Below are positions 29,170 through 38,935 of a stretch of 64,000 nucleotides of DNA, piece by piece. This DNA comes from an uncultured Dehalococcoidales bacterium (GTDB lineage: Bacteria; Chloroflexota; Dehalococcoidia; Lucifugimonadales; Lucifugimonadaceae). The notes under the pieces are model-generated. The model did not search any database and was not told the DNA's origin. It saw only the letters and a program-made list of their open reading frames with translations. The position numbers and the translations under genes are program-made. Each line of letters starts with the position of its first letter. Within the stretch, counting starts at the first letter, position 1. The stretch spans positions 240-64,239 of the forward strand of contig CAYYMP010000002.1 of the NCBI GenBank assembly GCA_964472915.1. Direction: 5' to 3'.

Positions 29170-29571
29170 CTAGGGTTTTCTGCTGAAGTATTCAGTCATC
29201 GGATCAAAATAATTTTCGATCCAGCCTTGTTCGTAGTGAGCACCGTCGTCAGGTAGATTCGAATGTGTGAGGGTGAGTTTGGTACCAGTGCCAGTGTTGC
29301 TCGGTTCCAGCTTTACCTCGAGCGTCGAGTCAGGTTCTGACGGATCGAACTGCACAGTTCGCCATGTCTGAACTATCAGTTTTCCTGCTTCAAGTTCCAA
29401 ATTCGTTCCGTAAATGTATTCGTCCCAAGCTGTGAACTGATTGCTGACCTGATCGTCACACGAGGCTTGTCCGCCAGTCATTTGAGTGTGTTCGTCGGAG
29501 TCCAGCCATGCCTCGTAGACCTGTTGTGGTGATGCGGGAATCTCACAAGATATCGAAAACTGGATCGTCAC
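29170..29571 (-). CDS. SRPBCC/AHSA1-like protein
   Basis: ASPQQVYEAWLD, GKLIVQTWR, TKLTLTH, GW. Confidence 0.85.
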   Translation of the reverse strand: MTIQFSISCEIPASPQQVYEAWLDSDEHTQMTGGQASCDDQVSNQFTAWDEYIYGTNLELEAGKLIVQTWRTVQFDPSEPDSTLEVKLEPSNTGTGTKLTLTHSNLPDDGAHYEQGWIENYFDPMTEYFSRKP

Positions 29572-29685
29572 GCCTCTGCTCCTAACCCGTTGCTAAAAAT
29601 CTAATTGTCTGGACAGGTCTTTCAACATTCCCTTGCGTCCAGTATGTTGTCGCAAAACTGAGTAGATTGCACGGAGCGCAACTTC

Positions 29686-30687
29686 ATGACCATCAGAATT
29701 GGTACTCGAATCAGTAAGGACTGGCTTGATCGACCAGACGATCTGAGCTTCATCAAGCAAATTGGCGTGGACTACGTGGATATCGTTCTCGATATGGTTC
29801 CTGGTTTTGATGAAGCTGGTGGTCGTGCATCTAAAGAAGGCTTATCCGAGGTCATGGAGACGCTCGACAAGGCCGGTCTTGAGATCGAGCGTGCCAATAC
29901 TTCCGGTCCCGACTATATAAATGCCTTTCTCGGTCGGGAAGGTGGCGACCGTGAGATAGAGAATCTTCAAGTCAACGCCGAAATTTGCGGTGAAGCTGGG
30001 ATTCCACTGTTCGGAATCCAGTGTTTCCAGGCAGCAACGCTCCACCCGTTTCGAGACCAGCTCCACAGCTGGGTAAAAGGCCGAGGTGGTTACCAGCACC
30101 ACCACATGAGAGTCAAAGAACTAGCAGAGATGCCACTGCGTGACGACGCTCCGACACACGAGCAAGTGTGGGATGGCACTTTGAATATCTATCGCAACGT
30201 TATCCCAATTGCTGAGCAGTACAACATGGACATTGGGATGCACGGCAACGACCCTCCACAACCGAAGCTCAACGGCGTCCCGCAGGTGCTCCACAACTTC
30301 GATGCGTTCGACCGGTTGTTCTCGGAAGTTCCGTCTAAGAACAACAAGATGACCTTCTGTGTCGGAACTCGTTATGAGTCAGGTGAAAACATCTTTGAAG
30401 GCATAAAGCGGTTTGGGGACAAGATTGTCCATGTGCACTTCCGAAATGTAAAAGGCACGATTCCTACTCACGGTGAGTACGAAGAGGTGATGCCCGATGA
30501 GGGCGATCTGAACATGTACGACGTCGCCAAGGCGCTCGATGATGTCGGTTATGACGGCGTGATCGACTACGACCACCTGAACCGAATCACGACAGACAGT
30601 CCGCAAGGCCGCGAGTACATGGCCTATTGTGTTGGGCACATGCGAGGAATTCTGAACTCAATCGAGGGGCAGAAAAACTCTAACTAG
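29686..30687 (+). CDS. Mannonate dehydratase (UxuA) family protein
   Basis: KQIGV, HGNDPP, TFCVG, VHFRNV, DEGD, DH. Confidence 0.8.
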   Translation: MTIRIGTRISKDWLDRPDDLSFIKQIGVDYVDIVLDMVPGFDEAGGRASKEGLSEVMETLDKAGLEIERANTSGPDYINAFLGREGGDREIENLQVNAEICGEAGIPLFGIQCFQAATLHPFRDQLHSWVKGRGGYQHHHMRVKELAEMPLRDDAPTHEQVWDGTLNIYRNVIPIAEQYNMDIGMHGNDPPQPKLNGVPQVLHNFDAFDRLFSEVPSKNNKMTFCVGTRYESGENIFEGIKRFGDKIVHVHFRNVKGTIPTHGEYEEVMPDEGDLNMYDVAKALDDVGYDGVIDYDHLNRITTDSPQGREYMAYCVGHMRGILNSIEGQKNSN

Positions 30688-30833
30688 CCGATTCTCACAC
30701 ACCGTTCATGGAACCGGCGTGATTGCTCACGCGCCTGAGTTCCAGAATTAACCCAACGACACCAGTCGAGGTGTATCGGAGTGCACCGAAACCCAACTCG
30801 GGATTCGGTGTTTGGGGGCAGGACGGTCTGGCT

Positions 30834-31505
30834 ATGGGAATTCGCCAAACGGTTCAAGGCGTGCCTGGAGCGGTAGTTGATCCGCGCTCGCCCGCGTCGC
30901 CCAAACTCATCGTCTACTCCGAGCTTGCACTAACGGTTTCAGGCGTGCTGCTGTCCATATTCATGGTCATGCATTTGTCACTCTTGTTCACCGTAGTTAT
31001 TTCCGCGGAAACGATGGACGAGCTTGCCCATTTCCTTGAGCGTTACTACTTGCTGCAAATTGGAGTAGCTCCGGTCATCTTCTTACTCGCGTTCCACACC
31101 GTGTTAGCGAGTCGACGAATCCCATTCTCGCTGGCACGGCAGAAGGTGATATTTCAGCACGCACGGTCGGTAAAGCACATCGATACCTGGACCTGGATCA
31201 TCCAGATCGCCACAGGCGCAGCAATTGTTGTTCTTGCATCAATTCATATTTGGGTTGTCGTTACCGATCTTCCGGTAGAAGCTTCGAAAAGTGCTGCTCG
31301 TGTTATCGGCAACTACTTGTGGGTTTACATCCCGTTTGTTGCAATCGTTGAGAGCCACATTGCGTTCGGACTCTTCAGAGTGCTTATCAAGTGGGGAGTC
31401 ATGTCGCGTAAACGAGCGCACATTGTTTTAGTTGTGTGCTCGGCTGGGATTCTGGCAATCGGTTACTTGATTCTTGCGAACTTCTACTGGTTGGGGGCTG
31501 ACTGA
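30834..31505 (+). CDS. frdC: Fumarate reductase/succinate dehydrogenase diheme cytochrome b subunit
   Basis: Five TM segments with four His (VMHL, AFHT, SIHI, ESHI), GLFRVLIKWG; ATG 30834 preferred. Confidence 0.85.
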   Translation: MGIRQTVQGVPGAVVDPRSPASPKLIVYSELALTVSGVLLSIFMVMHLSLLFTVVISAETMDELAHFLERYYLLQIGVAPVIFLLAFHTVLASRRIPFSLARQKVIFQHARSVKHIDTWTWIIQIATGAAIVVLASIHIWVVVTDLPVEASKSAARVIGNYLWVYIPFVAIVESHIAFGLFRVLIKWGVMSRKRAHIVLVVCSAGILAIGYLILANFYWLGAD

Positions 31506-31506
31506 T

Positions 31507-33351
31507 ATGCACACCAGCGAAGTACTTGTAATTGGTGCCGGACTTGCCGGCGAGCGTGTAGCAATTGAGCTTGCTACCCGGGGACACGATGTCACGATCC
31601 TGTCGCTAGTTCCTCCCCGTCGATCACACTCGTCTGCTGCACAGGGAGGTATGCAGGCAGCTCTTGGAAACATGGCAAGGAGTGCTGAAGACAGTGTCGA
31701 TGTTCATTTTGAAGACACGGTCAAGGGCTCCGACTGGGGAGCAAACCAGGACGTAGTCCGACTCTTTGCTGAATCGGCTCCCATTGCAGTTCGAGAAGCC
31801 GCGTATTGGGGTGTTCCGTGGTCTCGAGTCGTTGCTGGACCTCGCACTTTGGCAGGTGGCGATGTGGTCGTTGAATCGGAAGACAAAGAAGGGCTGATCG
31901 CACAACGAGACTTTGGCGGAACTAAGCAGTGGCGAGCGTGTTACGCAGCCGATGGAACCGGTCATGCCTTGATGTTCGCAATCGATAACGAAGTCGTTCG
32001 ATTGGGAATTACCGTTCACGAACGGATGGAAGCCGTCTCGTTGATCCACGACGGCGAATCTTGCCACGGTGCAATCGTTCGCGATCTCGAAACCGGTGAT
32101 CTCCACGAGTACACGGCACACGCCACGGTGATTGCGACGGGCGGACACGGTCGAATCTACGGACAGTCGACAAACGCCGTAATCAACACTGGATCCGGCA
32201 TGGAAATAGCACTTGAAACCGGTGTTGTACCGCTCGGAAACATGGAAGCCGTGCAGTTCCACCCGACAGGTGTCGTACCTGGTGACATTCTCGTATCAGA
32301 AGCGTGTCGCGGCGATGGCGGTTACCTGCTCGACGTGAACGAGCACAGGTTTATGCCGGAATACGAACCCGACAAAAAAGAGCTGGCTTCTCGTGATGTT
32401 GTGAGCCGACGGATGACCTTGCACATGCGCAAAGGTTTAGGCGTCGAAACAGCGTACGGTAGTCACCTCTGGCTCGATATTCGGCATTTGGGTCGTGAGC
32501 ATATTGAGCGTAATCTCCAGGAAGTTGCTGATATTACGAAGAACTTCCTTGGCATCGATCCCGCTGACGGGCTCGTTCCGGTGAGGCCTACCCAGCACTA
32601 CAGCATGGGAGGGATTCGGACGAGCATTGACGGCGCAGCCTACGGTCTCAACGGGTTGTACGCAGCCGGAGAAGTTGGATGCTGGGACATGCACGGCTTC
32701 AATCGGCTAGGTGGTAACTCAGTCGCCGAAACCCTCGTAATGGGACGAGTCGTGGGGCGCGCAATTACGGATCGACTCGAACAGGGCGATGACGTGGGCA
32801 ACCCGGGACGCGTACGACGCCAGTCACGAGAAGCATTGCTGGAAATGGAAGCTCGAGTCGAGCGAATCGCATCGAGTGGTAACAATGGTGCTGCTGTTCA
32901 CCAGATCGAACAGGAAATCGGGCGCATATTGCGTGACGGTGTTGGGGTTTTCAGGGACGAAGCGGGTTTGCAAAGCGCATCTGCCGAACTGGCTGAATTA
33001 CAAGCGCCGGTCGATGAAATTGGTCTAAAAGCAGCTGCTCACAAATCGTCTCCAGAAGTTGCTTCAACTCTGCGCTTGAGCGGGAGATTGAAGCTGGCGA
33101 GAACCATTGCTGAAGGTGCGCTGGCTCGAAAAGAGAGTCGTGGAAGTCACTATCGAGAGGATTTTCCGAATCGTGACGACGAGAACTGGCTGAACCGCAC
33201 TCTTGCCTACTGGCCCGATGGTGCAAGCAGTCCAAAGCTCGAATACGAATCGGTCACGATCACCGAAATCCCGCCTGGAGATCGCGGCTACGGAGAAGGT
33301 GCTTCGAAACCGCCAACAAATCATAGTCGATTGAGGTCAGAAGATGAGTGA
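31507..33351 (+). CDS. frdA: Fumarate reductase/succinate dehydrogenase flavoprotein
   Basis: GAGLAG, RSHSSAAQGG covalent-FAD His, QFHPTG, HYSMGG, HGFNRLGGNS. Confidence 0.94.
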   Translation: MHTSEVLVIGAGLAGERVAIELATRGHDVTILSLVPPRRSHSSAAQGGMQAALGNMARSAEDSVDVHFEDTVKGSDWGANQDVVRLFAESAPIAVREAAYWGVPWSRVVAGPRTLAGGDVVVESEDKEGLIAQRDFGGTKQWRACYAADGTGHALMFAIDNEVVRLGITVHERMEAVSLIHDGESCHGAIVRDLETGDLHEYTAHATVIATGGHGRIYGQSTNAVINTGSGMEIALETGVVPLGNMEAVQFHPTGVVPGDILVSEACRGDGGYLLDVNEHRFMPEYEPDKKELASRDVVSRRMTLHMRKGLGVETAYGSHLWLDIRHLGREHIERNLQEVADITKNFLGIDPADGLVPVRPTQHYSMGGIRTSIDGAAYGLNGLYAAGEVGCWDMHGFNRLGGNSVAETLVMGRVVGRAITDRLEQGDDVGNPGRVRRQSREALLEMEARVERIASSGNNGAAVHQIEQEIGRILRDGVGVFRDEAGLQSASAELAELQAPVDEIGLKAAAHKSSPEVASTLRLSGRLKLARTIAEGALARKESRGSHYREDFPNRDDENWLNRTLAYWPDGASSPKLEYESVTITEIPPGDRGYGEGASKPPTNHSRLRSEDE

Positions 33352-34075
33352 TCGACAGTTGAAATTCGAGGTGTTCCGATTTAACCCGAACACGCCTGAA
33401 GAAAAACCTCGAACCGACGTTTTTGAATTCGACGAAGTTCCTCGGATGACTTTGTTTACAGCTCTAACGCACATTCAGGAAAACCTTGATCCATCCCTGA
33501 AATTCGATTTCGTCTGCCGCGCTGCTGCTTGCGGTGCCTGCGGAATTATGGTCAACGGAAAGCCGAGACTTGCTTGCAAAACCAGGGTTGCCGAGTTGCC
33601 ATCGTCTATTTCGCTGATGCCAATGCCATTTTTCAGGATGGTTGGTGATCTTTCGGTCGACACTGGCACCTGGTTCCGGTCGATGGCTGAGCGGCTTGAA
33701 GGCTGGATTCACAGCGAAGAGCCGTTCGACGAATCTGCCGAAGAAGAGCGAATGTCGAACGCTGAAGCGGAGAAAATCTACGAACTCGACAGGTGTATCG
33801 AGTGTGGATGCTGTGTTGCTGCCTGTGGAGCCGCACAGGTGAATCCTCGGTACCTAGGACCTGCAGGAATGCTCAGAATGGCACGCTTCGCGATCGATCC
33901 AAGAGACGGAAGAAGCGATGCTGCCGTTTACGAGACTGTCAGCACAGATGATGGTGTGTTCGGATGCATCGGGCTAGCCGCCTGTGACGACTACTGCCCG
34001 AAAGATCTTCCAATCGTCACCCAAATGGCGTACCTCAGACGTAAGTCAGCATCGGTCGCCTGGAAGGGTAGCTAG
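33344..34075 (+). CDS. frdB: Fumarate reductase/succinate dehydrogenase Fe-S subunit
   Basis: CRAAACGAC...LAC, CIECGCCVAAC, CIGLAACDDYCP. Confidence 0.94.
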   Translation: MSDRQLKFEVFRFNPNTPEEKPRTDVFEFDEVPRMTLFTALTHIQENLDPSLKFDFVCRAAACGACGIMVNGKPRLACKTRVAELPSSISLMPMPFFRMVGDLSVDTGTWFRSMAERLEGWIHSEEPFDESAEEERMSNAEAEKIYELDRCIECGCCVAACGAAQVNPRYLGPAGMLRMARFAIDPRDGRSDAAVYETVSTDDGVFGCIGLAACDDYCPKDLPIVTQMAYLRRKSASVAWKGS

Positions 34076-34172
34076 GCACACTGACGAAAAATTAACCTTC
34101 GTTTCAACGGGTTTTAACCATGATCCCCGACTATGCGATCAACAGCTCACACTACTTCGTGGAGAAACGATC

Positions 34173-34364
34173 GTGAAACGAATCTGGCATAAGGTCATGG
34201 ATCAGATTTCAGAAATTCTCGAGTCTGGTGTTCTAATAACAGATGATTTCGAGAACAGCATTCTGATGGACGAACTTAGACGTCATCCCGATGAGTCAAA
34301 TGAATCTGTAAAACATTCGTCGGTTGCTGTAGAACCTGCCAAAAAGAAAACCCCAGCCAAGTGA
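34173..34364 (+). CDS. Small hypothetical protein (63 aa)
   Basis: GGAGA RBS then GTG 34173: MKRIWHKVMDQISEILESG...KKKTPAK. Confidence 0.45.
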   Translation: MKRIWHKVMDQISEILESGVLITDDFENSILMDELRRHPDESNESVKHSSVAVEPAKKKTPAK

Positions 34365-34368
34365 AAAC

Positions 34369-34433
34369 TCCAACTGGGGCTTAGTTTGCGAAAAGTGGTC
34401 GAGGAGCCGGGATTTGAACAAACGACCTCTTCG
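34369..34433 (-). repeat. Degenerate direct repeat of tRNA-Pro 3' half plus downstream flank (att-like)
   Basis: 56/65 ungapped identity to 36551-36615. Confidence 0.88.
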
Positions 34434-34472
34434 CTCAGAATGCCCCAGCTACACTTCCATCGTCCAAAGCTG

Positions 34473-34913
34473 CTAATTCAGTGTTGCCTCGACACTGAGT
34501 GACACATTTCCGGTCATCATTTGCGAGATCGGGCAACCGTCTTTTGCTGCCTCAGCGGCCGACTGAAAACCAGCGGCGTCAAGACCGGGCACATTCCCCG
34601 ATACTTTGAGTGCGCTGGACGTGACCTTCCATCCACCGTCGACATTGACGAAAGTGACCGTTGCATCAACCTCAAGTTTCGTGGGAGGTGTGCCACCGCC
34701 GCTCAGACCCGCCGAGAGTGCCATCGAGAAGCAACTAGCATGTGCCGCCGCCACCAGTTCTTCAGGACTCGTCGAACCGCCGGGTTCCTCAGTACGTGCC
34801 TTCCACGACACCGAAAGGTCGTTGAATGTCCCCGAGGTACTCGCGCTGACTACGCCGTTCCCTTCCATCAGATCTCCGGTCCAAACTGCGTGTGCTGATC
34901 GAGTTGCTGCCAT
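34473..34913 (-). CDS. osmC: OsmC family peroxiredoxin
   Basis: SPEELVAAAHASCFSMAL, AKDGCPIS. Confidence 0.92.
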   Translation of the reverse strand: MAATRSAHAVWTGDLMEGNGVVSASTSGTFNDLSVSWKARTEEPGGSTSPEELVAAAHASCFSMALSAGLSGGGTPPTKLEVDATVTFVNVDGGWKVTSSALKVSGNVPGLDAAGFQSAAEAAKDGCPISQMMTGNVSLSVEATLN

Positions 34914-35105
34914 GCTTCACCTTCCCTGTAACGAATCCAATTGCCCAAATTTTTGATCGGCCTGTACTAGAGTGACACCGACCGAATAACCGATGTGCCA
35001 ATCTCACTTCAAGATTATTGCGAGTCCTTTATAGTCATTGAGGTTTTACACCTCAACACGTTGTTTATTGCGTACTTTGTCGATAATCGCTGAATCATGC
35101 ACAGT

Positions 35106-36404
35106 TCAATCATTCTCATCAGGCGAAAACTCTGGTGTGATCTTGATTCGTCTGACCTGGTTACGAAACATCGACTGAACCTCGAAAGTCAATCCATTCC
35201 ACGTGAACGAATCTCCGACGGTTGGCATGCGATCAAGACGGGTCATCACAAAGCCGCTCAAAGTGTTGTAGCGACCAGTTTCGCCGGAAGGCACCCTGAC
35301 CGGCGCTTCCAGTAAATCACTTAGCTGCTCAATTCCTACCCGTCCGTCAGCTATCCACGAATCCCCTTCTCGGATTGGCTTTCGTATGTCTTCACCGACG
35401 ATTTCGTCCAGAATGTCGTCGATGGTCACAAGACCTTCAACCGCGCCATTCTCATCGATCACCATCCCAACGTTGTTGTCGACCTCAAGAAATCGGTTGA
35501 GCACCTCTGATCCGGTGACGGTCTCCAGGATAAAAAGTGCTGGTCTGGCTACGTCTCTAAAGTCCGCATCGTTGTCGTGGAGCATCCAATCGAGAAGATC
35601 TTTTGCAGACGAGACGCCTATCACGTTTTCTAATCCCCCGTCGCAAACAGGGAATTGCGAATGCTTTGCCTGACGGATTTTCTTCTTCACTTCGTCAGGT
35701 GTAGCGTTCACGTCGAGCCAGACAATTTCGCTTCTTCGCGTCATGAATGCGCCAACTGTTCTGTCGTGCAAACGGAATACACCCGAGACCATCCTTTGCT
35801 CACCGGATTCGATTGAGCCGGCCTGAAGACCTTGTCGCATCAGCGCGTTTATTTCATCTTCTGTCACAGGTTGGTCAACGGCTGTACGCATGTTTATAAG
35901 TCTCAAAACAGCGTCTGTAGACCAACTGAGCAGGGCGACGATTGGAGTCGCCAGATTGGAAAGGAGTCGCATTGTCGGGGCAACTGAGGATGCAACCCTT
36001 TCTGGGGATCTAAGGCCGAGTCTTTTTGGAACTAGCTCACCAAAAATCACCGTGAGAAAAGCAATGCCTATCACAACTACGGCGAAAGCAAGTGCTTCGC
36101 TGAATCTCTCAATAGCCGGTACACGGGCAAAAGAGTCTGCCAGGCGACCAGCTAGCGTCGCTCCACCGAATGCACCTGCGATGATTCCGACGAGAGTAAT
36201 GCCTATTTGGATCGTGGAAAGAAAACGATTTGGATCGTTGGCTAGCGACAGAGCGGTTGAGGCTCCTGATTGTCCCTGGCTGACTAGATTTTGCAGCCGC
36301 TCCTTTCGAGCAGCGACGATTGCGATCTCAGCCATTGCGAACATCCCGTTCGTCAGGATCAGGGCCAGGATTATCAGGATTTCAACGAATGGGGCCGACA
36401 TCAT
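35106..36404 (-). CDS. Hemolysin/CNNM-CBS-CorC family protein
   Basis: [29 protein letters not shown] pair, YNTLSG; GAGGA RBS before ATG 36404. Confidence 0.9.
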   Translation of the reverse strand: MMSAPFVEILIILALILTNGMFAMAEIAIVAARKERLQNLVSQGQSGASTALSLANDPNRFLSTIQIGITLVGIIAGAFGGATLAGRLADSFARVPAIERFSEALAFAVVVIGIAFLTVIFGELVPKRLGLRSPERVASSVAPTMRLLSNLATPIVALLSWSTDAVLRLINMRTAVDQPVTEDEINALMRQGLQAGSIESGEQRMVSGVFRLHDRTVGAFMTRRSEIVWLDVNATPDEVKKKIRQAKHSQFPVCDGGLENVIGVSSAKDLLDWMLHDNDADFRDVARPALFILETVTGSEVLNRFLEVDNNVGMVIDENGAVEGLVTIDDILDEIVGEDIRKPIREGDSWIADGRVGIEQLSDLLEAPVRVPSGETGRYNTLSGFVMTRLDRMPTVGDSFTWNGLTFEVQSMFRNQVRRIKITPEFSPDEND

Positions 36405-36528
36405 GTTCCTCAATCGATCGCTGTGTTCGTAGTGCTTCTTTCGCCACCAGGCTTAGAACAAATCGGTTAACTGTTCTGTTCGTTCCGAGCGTTCCAGAAT
36501 GCTTCGAGGACACCCTAAATCTGCTGTC

Positions 36529-36564
36529 AAAAAGCCCAAGTTGGAAAAATTCCAACTGGGGCTT
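36529..36564 (-). terminator. Terminator downstream of tRNA-Pro
   Basis: AAGCCCCAGTTGGAA/TTCCAACTTGGGCTT stem followed by T-run on - strand. Confidence 0.75.
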
Positions 36565-36577
36565 AGTTCGCGGTAAA

Positions 36578-36654
<77 letters not shown>

Positions 36655-36803
36655 ATTTTCGAGCTAAACGATTATAGACGCCGGTAACAGTCGCCCTTCG
36701 ACAAGCTCAGGATGACGGATGGATAAATCTGTCACAAACGCTGTCTAGGTCCCTCCGCTCAGGTAGGGACGCGTCATGCATCTTCCTGTGATGCCTGATT
36801 GCC

Positions 36804-37796
36804 CTAGACCGGTTTTACGATCCAGTCTGCGCCTTCACCTCGAACAACACGACCTGCATTTTCCATCGTGAATTGGGAAGCATTCAGCTCGGATTCAAGA
36901 GCTCGGGTCGCCAGGTGAGGAGTAACCACAACGTTGGTCATCGTTGGCAATGGGTTGTCAGGCTCGATCGGCTCAATTTCGGTGACGTCGAGACCGGCAG
37001 CGAAAATTTCACCTGACTCCAGTGCCCGTATCAATGCGTTCTCGTCGACAACTGGTCCTCGACAGGTGTTGATGAGAATGGCGGTTGATTTCATCAATCC
37101 AAACTCACGGTCGGAAATCATGTGAGTAGTGACTCGGTCAAGCGGAACGTGAAGTGTGATGATGTCGGACGTTGAGAGAAGCTCGTCGAGATCGACCTTC
37201 TTTGCGCCGGTTGCAGCGACGTAATCATCGTCGTGCTCAACTACATCGTGGTAAACCAGTTCACATTCCCAACCAGCAAGACGCTTTGCGACGCGTGATC
37301 CGATTCTGCCTAGGCCAATGATTCCGACCCGCTTGCCAACGAGAGTGTGGAACTCAGTTCGGTCACCTTCAACTCCCGCCATCCAAGTGTTGTTTTTCAC
37401 ACTCTCAATTTGAACGTCAAGCTTGCGGTTTACCGAGAACATGAGACCAATGGCGTGCTCGGCAACTGCGACAGCGTTTGCACCACCGTTGTTCGCAACA
37501 TCAACTCCCATTTCTGCGAGTCCAGCCTTGTCGATCCAGTCGGTTCCTGCACTGAAGGTTTGAACCAGCTTGAGAGTTGAAATCTTGCCAGCAAGTTCAG
37601 TTAGCTGATCGTATTTACCCTGCGGGAGAATGACTGCTGCGCCTTGCGCCTGCTCAACAACTTCGTCGAACGATAGGTCGCTGTTCACGAAACGAAGGTC
37701 GATACCACCGACCTTGTCAGCAGCCTCCTGGGTCTCTCTCATTCGGATTTCTGATCCCTCGTTCTGGGGACCGAGGATTACAACGATGTTCGACAT
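36804..37796 (-). CDS. D-isomer-specific 2-hydroxyacid dehydrogenase
   Basis: VAEHA, GIIGLGRIG, LHVPL, INTCRG, GLDV, TPHLA. Confidence 0.92.
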   Translation of the reverse strand: MSNIVVILGPQNEGSEIRMRETQEAADKVGGIDLRFVNSDLSFDEVVEQAQGAAVILPQGKYDQLTELAGKISTLKLVQTFSAGTDWIDKAGLAEMGVDVANNGGANAVAVAEHAIGLMFSVNRKLDVQIESVKNNTWMAGVEGDRTEFHTLVGKRVGIIGLGRIGSRVAKRLAGWECELVYHDVVEHDDDYVAATGAKKVDLDELLSTSDIITLHVPLDRVTTHMISDREFGLMKSTAILINTCRGPVVDENALIRALESGEIFAAGLDVTEIEPIEPDNPLPTMTNVVVTPHLATRALESELNASQFTMENAGRVVRGEGADWIVKPV

Positions 37797-38029
37797 TTCT
37801 ACAACTTTTCCGTCGTGCTGCGATTCGGCCGATAAATTTATCCGCCGTGAGGGCTGCCGTCTTGGTCTGAATTAGTGATGAAAACTGGGCGAATTTACAC
37901 CCGACGGCGGATTATACTTGCAAGGTTGGTTTGAAAATCAACTGAATATTTCACATCTGTCGCTTCGAGATCGACCGTTCAATTTGCGGTCCCTCTCGAA
38001 CAATTCAAAATCAAGTTGAAACAAGCATC

Positions 38030-38935
38030 TTGAACTCAGTAACAGTAAGAGCACCAGCAACAACCGCCAATATGGGACCAGGCTTCGACAGCATTGGCAT
38101 GGCGTTAGACCTTTGGAACGACCTGACAGTTACCAAAGGCGAGTTCAGCGTGTCCACTACCGGAGAAGGTGCTGATCTGCTTCCGCAGGACACCCGTAAC
38201 CTGGTTGTCACCGGTCTTGAAGCTGTCTACAACTACATCGACGAACCTGTACCGCAGTTGCAGTACACGTGTGTGAACAGAATTCCATACGCCCGCGGAC
38301 TCGGAAGCAGTTCCACGGCAATAGTGAGCGGTCTAGTTGCAGGTTCGGCAATATCCGGCGCGAATTTGAGCCTGGAAGAACTAACCGTTCTCGCTGCTGA
38401 CATCGAAGGTCACCCGGACAACGTCGCACCGGCGCTTTACGGTGGTTGTACGGTCGGTGTTAGAAACGGCGATGACAAATGGATCGTCGACCAGGTTGTA
38501 TTCCCTGAGGGGCTTTACGCGGTTCTCTACGTACCGGAAATGCAAACCAATACCCACGAATCACGAGCCGTGTTGCAAGACCAGATTTCTCGATCTGATG
38601 CCGTATTCAACATTGGCCGCGCTGCGCTGCTTGTGAACGCACTTTCATCCGGGCGCCTCGAAAACCTGAAGTACGCAACTCAAGACAAGCTGCATCAGCC
38701 GCAGCGAACGCAGTCGTTCAAGGCAATGCCACATTTGATCAACGCTGCCCTCAAAGGTGGAGCACACGGTGCATTCCTTTCAGGAGCCGGTCCTTCGGTC
38801 ATGGCGCTTTCGACAGGTCGTGAAGTAACTATTAGCTACGAAATGGCAGAGACAGCTCGCACGTTCGGTGTCCTGGGTAAACCGATGATCATGCCCATTT
38901 CAGCCGAAGGTGCGTCTGTGGTGGATCAATCGTGA
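38030..38935 (+). CDS. thrB: Homoserine kinase
   Basis: PATTANMGPGFD, PYARGLGSS, EGHPDN, LSGAGP. Confidence 0.96.
   Translation: MNSVTVRAPATTANMGPGFDSIGMALDLWNDLTVTKGEFSVSTTGEGADLLPQDTRNLVVTGLEAVYNYIDEPVPQLQYTCVNRIPYARGLGSSSTAIVSGLVAGSAISGANLSLEELTVLAADIEGHPDNVAPALYGGCTVGVRNGDDKWIVDQVVFPEGLYAVLYVPEMQTNTHESRAVLQDQISRSDAVFNIGRAALLVNALSSGRLENLKYATQDKLHQPQRTQSFKAMPHLINAALKGGAHGAFLSGAGPSVMALSTGREVTISYEMAETARTFGVLGKPMIMPISAEGASVVDQS

Noticed and set aside
34396-34470. Second functional tRNA
   Set aside because: Only the 3' half matches, the T-stem is disrupted, and there is no D-arm or 5' acceptor strand.
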